Shown here piece after piece: positions 8,984 through 19,433 of a stretch of DNA of 64,000 nucleotides (position 1 is its first letter; each line of letters starts with the position of its first letter). The notes under the pieces were generated by a model that ran no database searches, had not been told where the DNA came from, and worked only from the letters and a program-made list of their open reading frames with translations. The stretch comes from Planctomycetota bacterium (GTDB lineage Bacteria > Planctomycetota > UBA1135 > UBA2386). Where the stretch lies: positions 5,312,001-5,376,000 of the forward strand of contig JBKAGP010000001.1 in NCBI GenBank assembly GCA_046290465.1, in the 5' to 3' direction. A program made the translations under genes and the position numbers.

Positions 8984-10393
8984 CTAGCCGCGCAACGCCG
9001 GGGCGTCTGCTTCGCGCAGGCGCTCGATCCACGCCGCGGACAGCAGCCATGCCGGCCCGACCCAGTGCAGCAGCAGGCGCGGCAGGCTCGAGCGCAGATG
9101 GTGCTGCAGGTCGTCCTCGGGCGACAGCACGAACGGCAGCGGCGTAGTGGCGATGCCCAGCAGCACGAAGGCCGCGAGCGGCGCGTCGTCGAGCGGCTTC
9201 TGGCGCAGGCGCGCGACCAGCCATGCGACCGGCGGCACCACCAGGGCCATGCCCAGACGCAGGCGGCCGACGCCGTGGTCGACGAGCGCGCCCAGATACG
9301 CGGGCAGGTTGGCGAGGCCGGACCAGACGTTCGAGGCCTGCCGCAGGTAGACGCCGAGCGCACTGTCGGCCGCGACCAGGTCGGCGAGCAGCGGCAGCGC
9401 GAGCAGTGCGAGCATCGGTACCACGAGGCCGATCGTCCATCGGGTCCGCACGGGGCGGGCCAGGCCATCGGTCCAGCGCAGCGCCAGCTGCGCGGCTGCG
9501 GCGAACGCGGCGAGCACGCCGAGCGGCAGCCAGTCGAGGTCTCGGTGCAGCAGCTCGGCGCGCACCGGCAGCCAGGTGATCGCGGCGAGCGCGAACGCGA
9601 CCCACGCGCTGCGCAGCAGGGCGCGATCGCCGTTGGCGAACGCGACGATCGCGGCACCGAGTCCGTAGAACAGGCCCTCCGGTTTGGTGACGACGGCGAG
9701 CCCGATCCCGAGACCGAACCACAGCGCGCTGCGCTGCAGCAGGCCGGCCGCGATGGTCGTGGTGGCGAGCAGCAGCGGCAGTTCGGCGTATCCGGAGTCG
9801 ACGGCGCCGCCCCCCGAGGTCAACAGCGCCGGCGTCAGCGCGACGGCGGCAGTGGCGCCGAGCCGCAGCAGCGGGTGCACGCCGCGGCGGTGCAGCGCGG
9901 CGGCGACCAGTGCGCACAGCACCAGGTACAGCAGCGGCAGCATCCCGCGCCCGAATCCCGGCGCCAGCCGGTCGGCCATCGCCACCAGCAGGGCCGGCAG
10001 CAGCGGGTAGTCGGGGCTGTGGTGGAACACGCCCTCAGCCGCGAAGAACGGCTGCTGCAGCGTCGCTTCCTCGGTCAGCCAGAACACCTTCGCGTCGAAC
10101 GACGCCGCGCCGTCCCAGTGCCGCGAAGGGGTCGCGAGCGCGCCGTAGGCGACGGCGGCGAACGCGATGGCGACCAGCGCGAGCAGCGACCAGCGCGCCC
10201 ACGGCGGCGCCGGCGTGCGTGCATGGGCGGGCCATGCCCGGTCTGGCAACGCTTGGGCCCCGCCGAGGCCGGCGCCGAGCGCGACCGGCAGCCACCAGTC
10301 CGGCACGCCGTCGCCGCGCAGCCAGAAGCTCGCACCGACCCAGAAGGTCGCGAGCCCCAGCAGCGTGCCGGCGACGAGGCGTTCGAGGTTCAT
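8984..10393 (-). CDS. Polytopic membrane protein, GT-C (ArnT/PMT-like) glycosyltransferase candidate
   Basis: Many TM segments; loop motif HWDGAASFDAK...HHSPDYPLL...GYAELP...TKPEG; lies in the glycan cluster. Start at MNLERL with ATGA overlap. Confidence 0.65.
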   Translation of the reverse strand: MNLERLVAGTLLGLATFWVGASFWLRGDGVPDWWLPVALGAGLGGAQALPDRAWPAHARTPAPPWARWSLLALVAIAFAAVAYGALATPSRHWDGAASFDAKVFWLTEEATLQQPFFAAEGVFHHSPDYPLLPALLVAMADRLAPGFGRGMLPLLYLVLCALVAAALHRRGVHPLLRLGATAAVALTPALLTSGGGAVDSGYAELPLLLATTTIAAGLLQRSALWFGLGIGLAVVTKPEGLFYGLGAAIVAFANGDRALLRSAWVAFALAAITWLPVRAELLHRDLDWLPLGVLAAFAAAAQLALRWTDGLARPVRTRWTIGLVVPMLALLALPLLADLVAADSALGVYLRQASNVWSGLANLPAYLGALVDHGVGRLRLGMALVVPPVAWLVARLRQKPLDDAPLAAFVLLGIATTPLPFVLSPEDDLQHHLRSSLPRLLLHWVGPAWLLSAAWIERLREADAPALRG

Positions 10394-10794
10394 CGGCCTT
10401 GCAGGATCAGTCCGTGGTCCTCGGTGCCCTGCGCGACGATGCGGCCGTGTGCGCCGGTCGCGATCGGCAACCCGGCGAATGTGCTCGCGTCGGCCGGCAC
10501 CAGCCGTTCGTCGACCAGCAGCCGCGGTGCGATCAGCGGCGCGACGAACTCGAGCGCGCCCTTCGCCGGCCAACGCCACAGCACGACGCAGCGTTCGGGC
10601 AGGTGGTCGCACAGCCACGCGATCTCGTCGGCGCCGCCGAGCCGGGCGCTGCCGAGCAGGAAGTGCGGCGCGCCCTGGTCGCGATAGGCCTCGACCTCTT
10701 CTACGCGGCGCAGCCAGACCTTGCCGGGCAGCCGGACGACGCCGAGCGCGAGGTGGGCGAGCAGCAGGCCCGTCAGGATCGCGCTGGCCTTCAC
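10390..10794 (-). CDS. Small membrane-anchored hypothetical protein
   Basis: GTG start overlapping the GT4 stop (GTGA) and stop overlapping the next start; N-terminal TM ASAILTGLLLAHLALGVV. Confidence 0.65.
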   Translation of the reverse strand: MKASAILTGLLLAHLALGVVRLPGKVWLRRVEEVEAYRDQGAPHFLLGSARLGGADEIAWLCDHLPERCVVLWRWPAKGALEFVAPLIAPRLLVDERLVPADASTFAGLPIATGAHGRIVAQGTEDHGLILQGR

Positions 10795-11888
10795 GCCGCA
10801 CCCTCGGCCAGAAGATCGTCGAGCCACTTCTCGATGCGGCCGTCGCTGCCGCGCACCGCGGCGGTCGCTGCGTCCCTGGCCAGCAGTTCGAGCACGCGCT
10901 GCTGCACGACCGGCGCGGTCGGCTCGACGAGGTGCAGACCCGGCGTGCCGCGGTACGGTGCGTAGGCCGGCAGATCGCTGGTGACGACCGGCAGGCCGCA
11001 GGCGAGCGCCTCCTGGATCACGACCGGAAAGCCCTCGTTGTGCGACGGCAGCGCAAACACGTCGGCCGCATGGTAGAGCGTCAGGATCTGCTCGCGCGGG
11101 CGCGGTTCGAGGCAGACCGCGCCGCGTTCGCGGATGCGTTGCCGGACCGCGTCCTCACCCGGCCCGCAGAACACCAGTTCGAACGACGGCTGCTGCGCGT
11201 CGAGCAGCACGTCGATGCCCTTGTGTGGCAGCAGGCGGCCGACGCTCAGCACGCGCGGCCGGTCGTCCCAGCCGAGCTCGGCGCGGGCCGCGCGCCGCTG
11301 CTCCGGCGTCGGTGGCTGGAACATCGCGACGTCGACCGGATTGGGCAGGAACCGCACCTTCGCGGGGTTCCCGCTCAGGCGCACCAGCAGGTCCTCGGCG
11401 TCGCGGTTGAGCGCGATCAGCTTGCGCGCGCAGCGGGTCGTGAAGCGGCCGACGGTTTCGACCAGCAGCCGCAGCGACCAGGTCGCGAGCCGCGACGGGT
11501 AGCGCAGCAGGCCGCTGTGCTCGGTCAGCAGGCAGCGTCGGCCGCGCATGCGCGCGAATAGCGCGGCGAACGGGGAGCCGACGAACACCATGCCGTGCAG
11601 GTGCACGAGGTCGGCGCGGCCGATCTCGCGCCACAGGTGCCAGAGGATCGACGGCGCGTAGAACGGGTAGCAGATGCCGAACCAGCGCTCGAGCAGGTGC
11701 AGCGACGGCACGCGCACGATGCGCAGCCGTTCGCCCTCGGTCGGCGCTCTGCCGTCGCCGGTGCCGTCGCTGGTGATCCAGACGACGTCGTGGCCCGCGT
11801 CCCGGAACGCCTCGGCCTCGAGCGCCACGACGTTCTCGACGCCGCCAATGTGCGGCGGGGCGACGTGGCTGAGCAGGAGGACGCGCAT
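10791..11888 (-). CDS. Glycosyltransferase family 4
   Basis: MRVLLLSHVAPPHIGGVE...VGRLLPHKG...LPSHNEGFPVVIQEALACGLP. Confidence 0.93.
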   Translation of the reverse strand: MRVLLLSHVAPPHIGGVENVVALEAEAFRDAGHDVVWITSDGTGDGRAPTEGERLRIVRVPSLHLLERWFGICYPFYAPSILWHLWREIGRADLVHLHGMVFVGSPFAALFARMRGRRCLLTEHSGLLRYPSRLATWSLRLLVETVGRFTTRCARKLIALNRDAEDLLVRLSGNPAKVRFLPNPVDVAMFQPPTPEQRRAARAELGWDDRPRVLSVGRLLPHKGIDVLLDAQQPSFELVFCGPGEDAVRQRIRERGAVCLEPRPREQILTLYHAADVFALPSHNEGFPVVIQEALACGLPVVTSDLPAYAPYRGTPGLHLVEPTAPVVQQRVLELLARDAATAAVRGSDGRIEKWLDDLLAEGAA

Positions 11889-11929
11889 CTGGCCACGATT
11901 CTGGCGGTGGCTTCGGCGAGCGCAACGGT

Positions 11930-14185
11930 ATGGTCGCCGGCGTGAACGAGATGGTGCTGGAGCGGGCGTCGTGGCGCGGGCACGCGCTGGGGGCCGCGGT
12001 CCTGGTGCTGCCGATGTGGCTGTGGGCCTGGTGGCAACTGGTGTTCCTGCCCGAGGACGTGCTGGTCACCAACGTGCTGGTCGACGACGCGCTCTACTTC
12101 GCGCTGCCGGCGCGCCACTGGTGGGAGGGGCACGGCTTCTCGTTCGACGGCGTCGAGCTGACCAACGGCGTGCAGACGCTGTGGGCGCTGGTGTGCATTG
12201 CGCTTGCCGGCGTGTTCTCGGAGCCGCTGTCGATGCTGCGCGCGATGGTCGGCCTGTCGGCGCTGTGCTGGCTGTTGGCTGGCGGCGGCCTGTTCGTGCT
12301 GCTGCGCCGGCGCTCGCTGCTGGCCGGCATGCTGGCCGCCGTCGGCTTCGCCTGGGCGGGCGTGCACGACCGCGTCGCGTTCCAGGGCATGGAGAACGGG
12401 CTGCACGCGCTGGTCGGTGTGCTGGTGCTGTTGGCCGGTGCGCGCGCGATCGGCCGCGCCTGGTCGCGGGGCGCGACCCTGCAGCTCGGCGTCGCGCTGG
12501 CGTTGTTCGGCCTGAGTCGGACCGAGGGCGTGCTGCTCGGTCCGATCGTGGCGGCGCCGATGGTGTTCGGCTGGCTCGGCGCGCCCGGCGGGCCGGGCCG
12601 GCGGCTCGGCACGGCGCTGTGGATGGCGCTGCCCGGCGTGGTCCTGGTCGGTGGTGCCTGCGCGCTGAGCCGGCTGTGGTTCGACAGCTTCCTGCCGATC
12701 AGCGGCAGCGTGAAGCAGTTCTACGAGGCTTCGTGGGGTGCCTACGACGATCCGGGCCACCACGCCGCCGGCCGCGGCGGGCCGTGGCGCATGGCCGCCT
12801 GGCACCTGCAGTTCGCGACCCGGCTGTCGATCGCGCCGCTGCGCGAGCACGTGCCGGCGCTGCTCGCGGACGTGACCCCGCTCGGCCATCGCCCGTTCCG
12901 CAACGCGATCTGGGTGCTGCTCGCAGTGGGCCTGGTGGCTGCCGTGGTGCGCATCGCGCGCGGCGCGCGACGTCGTGAGCCGGGCGAACGCGCGGTGCCG
13001 CCGCTGGCCGTGGTCTGGTGCTTCGTGGCCTACGCGGTCGTGCACGTCGTGCTGGTCGGGCTCACGCTGTCGCACTTCACCAGCTACGCGAAGTGGTACT
13101 TCGCCAGCGAGACGACGGCCGTCTGGCTGGTGCTGGCGCTGCTGGTGCCCGCCTCGTCGCGATGGGGATGGCGTGCCTGCATCGTCGCGGCCGGGTTGCT
13201 GTCGCTGGCCGGTGCGCTCGACGGCGGCAACGTCACGCACGACGTGCGCACCAATCAGTTCAAGCGGGCCGGGCAGTGGCTACAGGAGCACACGCCGCCC
13301 GGCACCGTCGTCGGCGCGCTCAGCTCCGGCCTCGTCGGCTGGTATGCGAGCGACCAGCACGTCGTCAACCTCGACGGCTTGATCAACAACCGTCGCTACC
13401 TCGACGACTTCTTGAAGCGGGACCGGTTCGGCGACTACTTCGCCGATCGCGGCATCACCTGGTTCGCCGACTACCAGCCGATCGCCGGCTGGCAGCACGG
13501 CATCTCGTGGCGCGGCAACGTGCCGGCCGCGCGGCTGGTGCCGCGGCGCTACTGGCGGATGCCGGACGAGCACGCCTACGTGATCTGGCAGATCCTGCCC
13601 GAGGGGTCGACGTTCGCGCTGCTCGGTGACGAAGGACCCGAGGTCCGCGACCGCTACGCCGAACTCGCGGTCGCGGCCGACGTGCACGGCCGCTTTCCGG
13701 TCGTGGCCGACGCCGATCTCGCCGCGGCGCTGGCCGAGCAGCCGCCTCGCTACGTGGCGCGATCGCTGGGCGACGGCGGCGGCAACCGCTGGCACGTGCT
13801 CGCGACCGCGGCCCAGCTCGACCGGATCGCGCTGCGTGCCGACCGCGTGCAGCCCGAACGTGGCGAACGGGTCCCCGCTGCGGCCGGGGTCGACGCGCTC
13901 GGCTACGACCTGCGCGACTTCCGTCGCAAAGAGCAGCGCTACCTGACGGTGACCGTGTTCTGGCTGCGAACCGACGGGGCGCTGGCGGACGCGCCGGAGC
14001 TGCGCGTCGCGGTCGGAGGCGAGTCGAAGGCGGTGGCGCTCGGCAGCACGCTCGGCGCGCGGCCGCTGGATCGCTGCGCCGTCGGCACCGTGGTGCCGGA
14101 GACGTTCGTGCTGGCGTTCGAGGGCGACGAGCCGCCGCGGGTCGGCGTCGGCCGACCCGACGACGTGCGCTGGTTCACGCGTTGA
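11930..14185 (+). CDS. Polytopic membrane protein, GT-C-like glycosyltransferase candidate with extracytoplasmic C-terminal domain
   Basis: VDDALYF acidic motif after TM1, TNG..., GMENGL, SRTEG, NLDGLIN and about 12 TMs. The true start may be GTG 11942. Confidence 0.7.
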   Translation: MVAGVNEMVLERASWRGHALGAAVLVLPMWLWAWWQLVFLPEDVLVTNVLVDDALYFALPARHWWEGHGFSFDGVELTNGVQTLWALVCIALAGVFSEPLSMLRAMVGLSALCWLLAGGGLFVLLRRRSLLAGMLAAVGFAWAGVHDRVAFQGMENGLHALVGVLVLLAGARAIGRAWSRGATLQLGVALALFGLSRTEGVLLGPIVAAPMVFGWLGAPGGPGRRLGTALWMALPGVVLVGGACALSRLWFDSFLPISGSVKQFYEASWGAYDDPGHHAAGRGGPWRMAAWHLQFATRLSIAPLREHVPALLADVTPLGHRPFRNAIWVLLAVGLVAAVVRIARGARRREPGERAVPPLAVVWCFVAYAVVHVVLVGLTLSHFTSYAKWYFASETTAVWLVLALLVPASSRWGWRACIVAAGLLSLAGALDGGNVTHDVRTNQFKRAGQWLQEHTPPGTVVGALSSGLVGWYASDQHVVNLDGLINNRRYLDDFLKRDRFGDYFADRGITWFADYQPIAGWQHGISWRGNVPAARLVPRRYWRMPDEHAYVIWQILPEGSTFALLGDEGPEVRDRYAELAVAADVHGRFPVVADADLAAALAEQPPRYVARSLGDGGGNRWHVLATAAQLDRIALRADRVQPERGERVPAAAGVDALGYDLRDFRRKEQRYLTVTVFWLRTDGALADAPELRVAVGGESKAVALGSTLGARPLDRCAVGTVVPETFVLAFEGDEPPRVGVGRPDDVRWFTR

Positions 14186-15278
14186 CGAACGCGCCGCAGA
14201 GCTCGGCGATCTTGTGCGCGGCGCGGCCGTCGCCGTACGGGTTCTCGACCTTGGCCATCGCCTGGTAGGCGTCGTCGTCGTCGAGCAGCTGGTTGGCCGC
14301 TGCCACGATCGCATCGCGGTCGGTGCCGACCAGCTTCGCCGCGCCGGCGGTGACGCCTTCGGGCCGTTCGGTGGTCGTGCGCAGCACCAGCACCGGCTTG
14401 CCGAGCGACGGCGCCTCCTCCTGCACGCCGCCCGAATCGGTCAGGATCAGGTCGCAGGCGCGCATCGCCGCGACCATGCGCGGGTAGTCGAGCGGCTCGA
14501 CCAGGTCGATCGCGGCGTGGTCGCCGAGCACGCGGTGGGCGGTGTCGCGCACGTTGGGGTTGGGGTGCACCGGGTAGAGCAGCTGCACGTCGCCGCGGTC
14601 GGCGACCGCGCGCAGCGCCTGGCAGACCGACTCGAACGGCGCGCCGAAGTTCTCGCGGCGGTGCGCGGTGACCAGCACCAGCTTCTTGCCCGCAGGCGGC
14701 GCGAACGGCGCCGCATCGACCCGTTCGGCGGCCCACAGCAGTGCGTCGATCACCGTGTTGCCGGTGACGTGCACGTCGTCGGTCAGGCCTTCCTTCGCGA
14801 GGTTGTCGGCCGAACCCTGGGTCGGCGCGAAGTGCAGCGCAGCCATCCGACCGACCAGCACCCGGTTCATCTCCTCGGGGAACGGGTTGTGCACGTTGCC
14901 CGTGCGCAGGCCGGCCTCGACGTGCCCGAACGGGACCTTGCGGTAGAAGCTCGCCAGCGCGGTGACCATCACCGTGGTCGTGTCGCCCTGCGCCAGCACC
15001 AGGTCCGGCGCCTCGTCGGCGAGCACCGGGTCCATCGCCGCGACCATGCGCGCGGTCAGGTCGGCGAGCGTCTGGTTCTGCCGCATCAGGTCGAGGTCGC
15101 GGTCGGGCTCGATGCCGAAGAACGCGTGGATCTGGTCGAGCATCTGGCGGTGCTGCGCGGTCGCGAGCACGCGCACGTCGGCCCACGGCTGGTCCTTCAG
15201 CGCGTGCACGACCGGGGCCATCTTGACCGCCTCCGGGCGGGTGCCGACGGCGACGAGGATGCGTTTCTGCTGCGTCAT
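14175..15278 (-). CDS. wecB: UDP-N-acetylglucosamine 2-epimerase (non-hydrolysing)
   Basis: GTRPEAVK, QGDTTT, HVEAGLRT, PFPEEMNR, HRREN, TDSGGVQEEAP and NPYGDG. Confidence 0.96.
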   Translation of the reverse strand: MTQQKRILVAVGTRPEAVKMAPVVHALKDQPWADVRVLATAQHRQMLDQIHAFFGIEPDRDLDLMRQNQTLADLTARMVAAMDPVLADEAPDLVLAQGDTTTVMVTALASFYRKVPFGHVEAGLRTGNVHNPFPEEMNRVLVGRMAALHFAPTQGSADNLAKEGLTDDVHVTGNTVIDALLWAAERVDAAPFAPPAGKKLVLVTAHRRENFGAPFESVCQALRAVADRGDVQLLYPVHPNPNVRDTAHRVLGDHAAIDLVEPLDYPRMVAAMRACDLILTDSGGVQEEAPSLGKPVLVLRTTTERPEGVTAGAAKLVGTDRDAIVAAANQLLDDDDAYQAMAKVENPYGDGRAAHKIAELCGAFVNA

Positions 15279-15324
15279 TCGGCGCGCCACGATGGGGGCA
15301 ACGTGCGGCCGAGGCAAGATCGGG

Positions 15325-17760
15325 TCAGTGCCGGAGCGAGATCTCGCGGATCGCCACCGTGCCGGCGCGACACGTCGCCGACAGGATCGCCTGGCGGGCC
15401 CGCCGCGGCGCGACGACCTCGACGGTGACGCGCCCGGTGCGCTGCCGCAGCGGCGTCACCAGCTGGTGCACGAAGCGGCCGCGGCGGTCGGCCCAGACCA
15501 GCATCAGCTGGCCTTCGCCGTCGGTCGTCGCCGCGTCGACGTCGACCGACAGCAGGTGTTCGCGTTCTGGCGTGATCTCGACCGTCTGGTTGCAGATCGC
15601 GCCTTCGGCGAGCGTCGCGAGGCCCTCGCCGAAGGTGACGTCGGCCGGGGCGTACCAGCGGGTCGGTTGGTCGAACCGCGGGGCCGCGAGCAGCTCTGTC
15701 GGTGCCCGGTGGCGCGGCAGCAGTTCGCGCACGTCGAGGTGCTCGATCCGCCGGACGCTGCGGGTCGCGCCGCGCAGAAGGCTCCGGCGGGCTTCGTCCT
15801 GCCAGGTGTCGGCGAGCACGACGTAGCGCACGTGCCGCGCGCCGAGCAGCGCACCGAACGCGTCGGCGTCCGCGGCGGCCGCGACGGCCGCATCGAAGCG
15901 GTGGTTGTACCAGTTGGGGAACAGCCCCTCCGCGTGCAGGCCGGCGACCATTGGCGCGGCGAAGAACGCGACGTCGTTGCCCTCGGGGTTGATGCCGTTG
16001 AGGGTCTGCACCACGTGGCGCATCGGCAGGTGGTGCGTCACGAACGCGTGGCGCTCGGCCTCGTCGGCAAGCACACGCCACTCGAGCTGGCCGTGGAAGG
16101 TGGCCGACGCGTAGAACGTCAGGTTGAGTCCGACGGCAGCCAGCGCCCCGATCCAGCCGACCGCGCTCGGCAGTCCCGTCGGGCGGGCGGCCAGCGCGCC
16201 GACCGCGGCCGCCGCCATCGCGAAGCTCGGCAGCACGTAGCGCAGGTAGGCGGTCTGGCGGAAGGTCAGGAACGCGATCGCGCCGCACAGCACCAGCAGC
16301 GTCACGCCCCGCCAGTGTCGCGTCAGCGCGAACACCAGCAGGGCCGGTGCGACCGCGAGCAGCCACTGGAAGCCGCCGGCGCCCGGCATGCCTTCGAGGA
16401 AGCGCGACGCGTCGAACGTGATCCGGTAGAGCACGTCCCAGGTCATACCCTTGTCGAACACGACCGGCGCCTCGAAGTTCTCGTGTGGGTAGTGCTCGGA
16501 GCGGAAGATGCCGTTGAAGAACGGGAACACCGGGTTGCCGGTGTAGAGCCACGCGCGCAGGTACGGCAGGCAGCCGATGCCGGCGAACAGCGCCCCACCC
16601 GTCAGCAGGCCGCCGATCGCGTCGGCGCGCAGCCAGCGACGGAACGCGGCGACGAACACCAGCGCCAGCACGGGCAGCGCCATGAACGTCACCGCCTTGG
16701 CGGCCATCGCGCCGCCGAGCAGGGCGCCGGCCAGCAGCAGGTTCTTGTTGGGTGAGCCTTCGGCCGTGGCGAGGCGCAGCGCGGCGAGCGTGCCGCCGAG
16801 CAGCAGCGACGACCAGATCGAGTCGACGAACAGGCTGCTGATCTCGCACATCGTCAGCGGCGTCGAGACCAGCACCAGCACCGCCAGCAGGGCGCTGCGC
16901 GGGCCGGCGCCGGCCCAGCGCGAAAGGGCGTGCACGGTGCGCGCCAGCAGCAGCAGCGCGGCGAAGTTGCACAGCCGGGCTGCGACCTCGCCGTCGAGCA
17001 GCACCGCGAGCGTGTAGAGCCAGTCGCCGAGCATCGGCATCACCGCCCACACGTAGTGCTCGACGTCAAACGGCCAGTGCTGGTGCCAGCGCACGTACTC
17101 GGGCACCAGCAGGTGCATCGCGAGCGCGTCGTGGCCGCGTTCGGGCATCATCGCCACGGCGAACAGCAGCAGCGCGACCGCGCCGATGGCGGCATGCAGC
17201 AGCGCGGTCGCGACCGGCGCTCGCTGCCGTTCGCCGGCCCAGGCCCAGGCCGCCTGCACGGTGCGGCCGGCGTGTCGCCAGCCGAGCAGCAGCGGCAGCA
17301 GCAACAGGCCGGTGGCGGTGCCGCGGTAGTGGATCGGCAGGTGCGCGGTCGCGCCGACGATCGTGCCGAAGACGGCGAGCCCGAGCAGCAGGCTCTCGAA
17401 CCCGTCGGCCTCGAGGCGGCGCGGCAGCAGCAGGCGGCCGGCGCAGCACGCCGACAGGAACAGCGCGACCACGGTGGCGAACGCCGCGAGCTGCCCGCAG
17501 GCCGCGGCCAGCAGCAGCATCGCGCCGGCGGTGGCGGGCAGCACGCCGAGGCGCATGCCACGTCCGGCCCGCAGCACGATCGGCAGCAGCGCGATCAGCA
17601 GCAGCGCGCCGAACAGGATCCCGAGCAGCGGCAGGTGGTCGCCGATCGGCGATGCGCCCGCCGGGATCGCCTGCACGCCGCGCACCGTCAACCAGCCGCC
17701 GCCCGCGACCGCGAGGGCCGCGGCGGTCGCGGCGAGCAGGTTGCTGCGGCGTGCCTCCAT
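15325..17760 (-). CDS. Polytopic membrane protein, GT-C (ArnT-like) candidate
   Basis: HDALAMHL motif, AAKAVT, TGNPVFPF and RYVLP; many TMs plus a soluble C-terminal beta domain. Confidence 0.7.
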   Translation of the reverse strand: MEARRSNLLAATAAALAVAGGGWLTVRGVQAIPAGASPIGDHLPLLGILFGALLLIALLPIVLRAGRGMRLGVLPATAGAMLLLAAACGQLAAFATVVALFLSACCAGRLLLPRRLEADGFESLLLGLAVFGTIVGATAHLPIHYRGTATGLLLLPLLLGWRHAGRTVQAAWAWAGERQRAPVATALLHAAIGAVALLLFAVAMMPERGHDALAMHLLVPEYVRWHQHWPFDVEHYVWAVMPMLGDWLYTLAVLLDGEVAARLCNFAALLLLARTVHALSRWAGAGPRSALLAVLVLVSTPLTMCEISSLFVDSIWSSLLLGGTLAALRLATAEGSPNKNLLLAGALLGGAMAAKAVTFMALPVLALVFVAAFRRWLRADAIGGLLTGGALFAGIGCLPYLRAWLYTGNPVFPFFNGIFRSEHYPHENFEAPVVFDKGMTWDVLYRITFDASRFLEGMPGAGGFQWLLAVAPALLVFALTRHWRGVTLLVLCGAIAFLTFRQTAYLRYVLPSFAMAAAAVGALAARPTGLPSAVGWIGALAAVGLNLTFYASATFHGQLEWRVLADEAERHAFVTHHLPMRHVVQTLNGINPEGNDVAFFAAPMVAGLHAEGLFPNWYNHRFDAAVAAAADADAFGALLGARHVRYVVLADTWQDEARRSLLRGATRSVRRIEHLDVRELLPRHRAPTELLAAPRFDQPTRWYAPADVTFGEGLATLAEGAICNQTVEITPEREHLLSVDVDAATTDGEGQLMLVWADRRGRFVHQLVTPLRQRTGRVTVEVVAPRRARQAILSATCRAGTVAIREISLRH

Positions 17761-18558
17761 CTACTTGCGCTTCTTCAGCACGACGTAGTGGTGCAGCGCG
17801 GTCCAGCGACCGATCGGCGCCAGCAGCCATTCGATCGCCTTCCAGATCGGGATCGTGAACGACGGCATCAATTGGCGGAAGTTCAGGCCGCCCGACAGCA
17901 GGTAGCGCGGGTAGTTGCGGATCCAGCGCTCCTCGACGATCTCGAGGTCGGGATGGCTGCGCAGGAACCGTTCGCGGTCGCGTCGGAACACGATCCACGA
18001 CAGCGCCTGGTTGGCGTTGTCCATCACGCTCGAATCCGACTCCCACTCGCGCTGGGTCCGGTCGAACGTCTCGCTGTCGAAGATGTCGCGGAAGAACCGC
18101 GCCGCCACCGGGCCGTGGTAGGGCTCGATCAGCACGCAGCCGCCGCCGGGCACCAGCACGCGTTCGAGTTCGCGGAAGAAGCGGTCGGGGTCGTGGAAGT
18201 GGTGGAAGCAGTGGATCCCGAAGATGGCGCGCACGGACGCGTCGGGCAGGTCCATGTCGTGCGCGTCGAGCACCATGTCGAGGTGCTCGGCCGGCATCAC
18301 GTCGGTCGTGACCAGCTCCGGATACAGGTCCTTGAAGCCGCTGACGCCGGCGCCGATCTCGACCTTGCTGCCCTCGCCCTCGAAGTGGCGGGCGTCCAGT
18401 TGCATCAGCTTGTGGTAGGTCTCGTCGAAGACCCCCTTGAGCATCGGCTTGCTTCTGAGGATGCGGCGGTGGGCGGGGATGCGGTCCTCCCCGTCGACGT
18501 CGACGCCCTGCAGCATCGGCTCCTGCAGCCAGTTCCGCGTTGCCTGGAAGAGTCCCAT
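17761..18558 (-). CDS. Class I SAM-dependent methyltransferase
   Basis: VEIGAGVS motif I, LDAHDMDLPD and HHF...ERVLVPGG. Confidence 0.88.
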   Translation of the reverse strand: MGLFQATRNWLQEPMLQGVDVDGEDRIPAHRRILRSKPMLKGVFDETYHKLMQLDARHFEGEGSKVEIGAGVSGFKDLYPELVTTDVMPAEHLDMVLDAHDMDLPDASVRAIFGIHCFHHFHDPDRFFRELERVLVPGGGCVLIEPYHGPVAARFFRDIFDSETFDRTQREWESDSSVMDNANQALSWIVFRRDRERFLRSHPDLEIVEERWIRNYPRYLLSGGLNFRQLMPSFTIPIWKAIEWLLAPIGRWTALHHYVVLKKRK

Positions 18559-18563
18559 TCGAG

Positions 18564-19433
18564 CTATTCGTGTGCCGGTACCAGCGCCCGCTGCACGACC
18601 TCGTCGAGCGTGCGTTCGGGCCGTGTGAACGCCGGATAATCGCTGACGTGCTGGTCTTCGGTGTTGGTCCGGTAGGCCTTCAGGCTCTCCGGGCTCACGC
18701 CGAATCGCAAGCCGAATAGGGCGAGCACGCGCACCGGCGGCAGCAGCACGGAGATCGGAATCGTCAGCATCGCCCGGCGCCTGCCGAGCCCGCGGGCGAT
18801 CGCCTGCAGCAGCGCGCGCAGCGACGGCCGTTCGGCGTAGCAGAGGTTGACCGCGGCGGGGGCGCGGTCCGTCGATGCGATCTCGAGCAGGCTCGCCGCG
18901 AGGTCGTCGCAGTCGATCAGCGGCACCGGCCGGTGGCCGCCGCCGGGCAGCGGCACGACCGGCAGGCGCCGGACCGAGGCGACCATGTCGGCGAACAGGC
19001 CGCCGCGGCCGGTGACCAGTCCCGGGCGCACGATCGTCAGGCCGTCGCCGACGAAGTCCTGCTCCAGCGTGAACTTCATCCGGCCGTAGGCGCTGGCGGC
19101 GTTGGGCACCGCCGAGAACGAGGACAGGAACAGCTGCCGCGGCACGCCCGCGGCCCGCGCCGCGAACAGGGCGGTGCGGGTGCCGGCCACGTTGTCCTGC
19201 TCGGCGTCGCGCGCGGCGCTGTAGGCGGCGTGCACGGCAAGGTCACAGCCGCGCAGGGCGTCCGCCGGCAACGGCCGATCGAGGCTCCACTCGATCGGTT
19301 GCACGCCGTCGAGCGCGGCCGGCAGGCGGTCCGCCGAACGGACCGTGCCGCGCACTTCGTGACCGGCGGCGAGCAGGGTGCGCACCAGCCGCGCGGCGAC
19401 GAAGCCGTTGACCCCGGTGACGAAGACCCTCAT
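18564..19433 (-). CDS. NAD-dependent epimerase/dehydratase (extended SDR)
   Basis: MRVFVTGVNGFVA Rossmann motif, SS, YGRMK (YxxxK) and VRPG; ATGA overlap with the GMC gene. Confidence 0.88.
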   Translation of the reverse strand: MRVFVTGVNGFVAARLVRTLLAAGHEVRGTVRSADRLPAALDGVQPIEWSLDRPLPADALRGCDLAVHAAYSAARDAEQDNVAGTRTALFAARAAGVPRQLFLSSFSAVPNAASAYGRMKFTLEQDFVGDGLTIVRPGLVTGRGGLFADMVASVRRLPVVPLPGGGHRPVPLIDCDDLAASLLEIASTDRAPAAVNLCYAERPSLRALLQAIARGLGRRRAMLTIPISVLLPPVRVLALFGLRFGVSPESLKAYRTNTEDQHVSDYPAFTRPERTLDEVVQRALVPAHE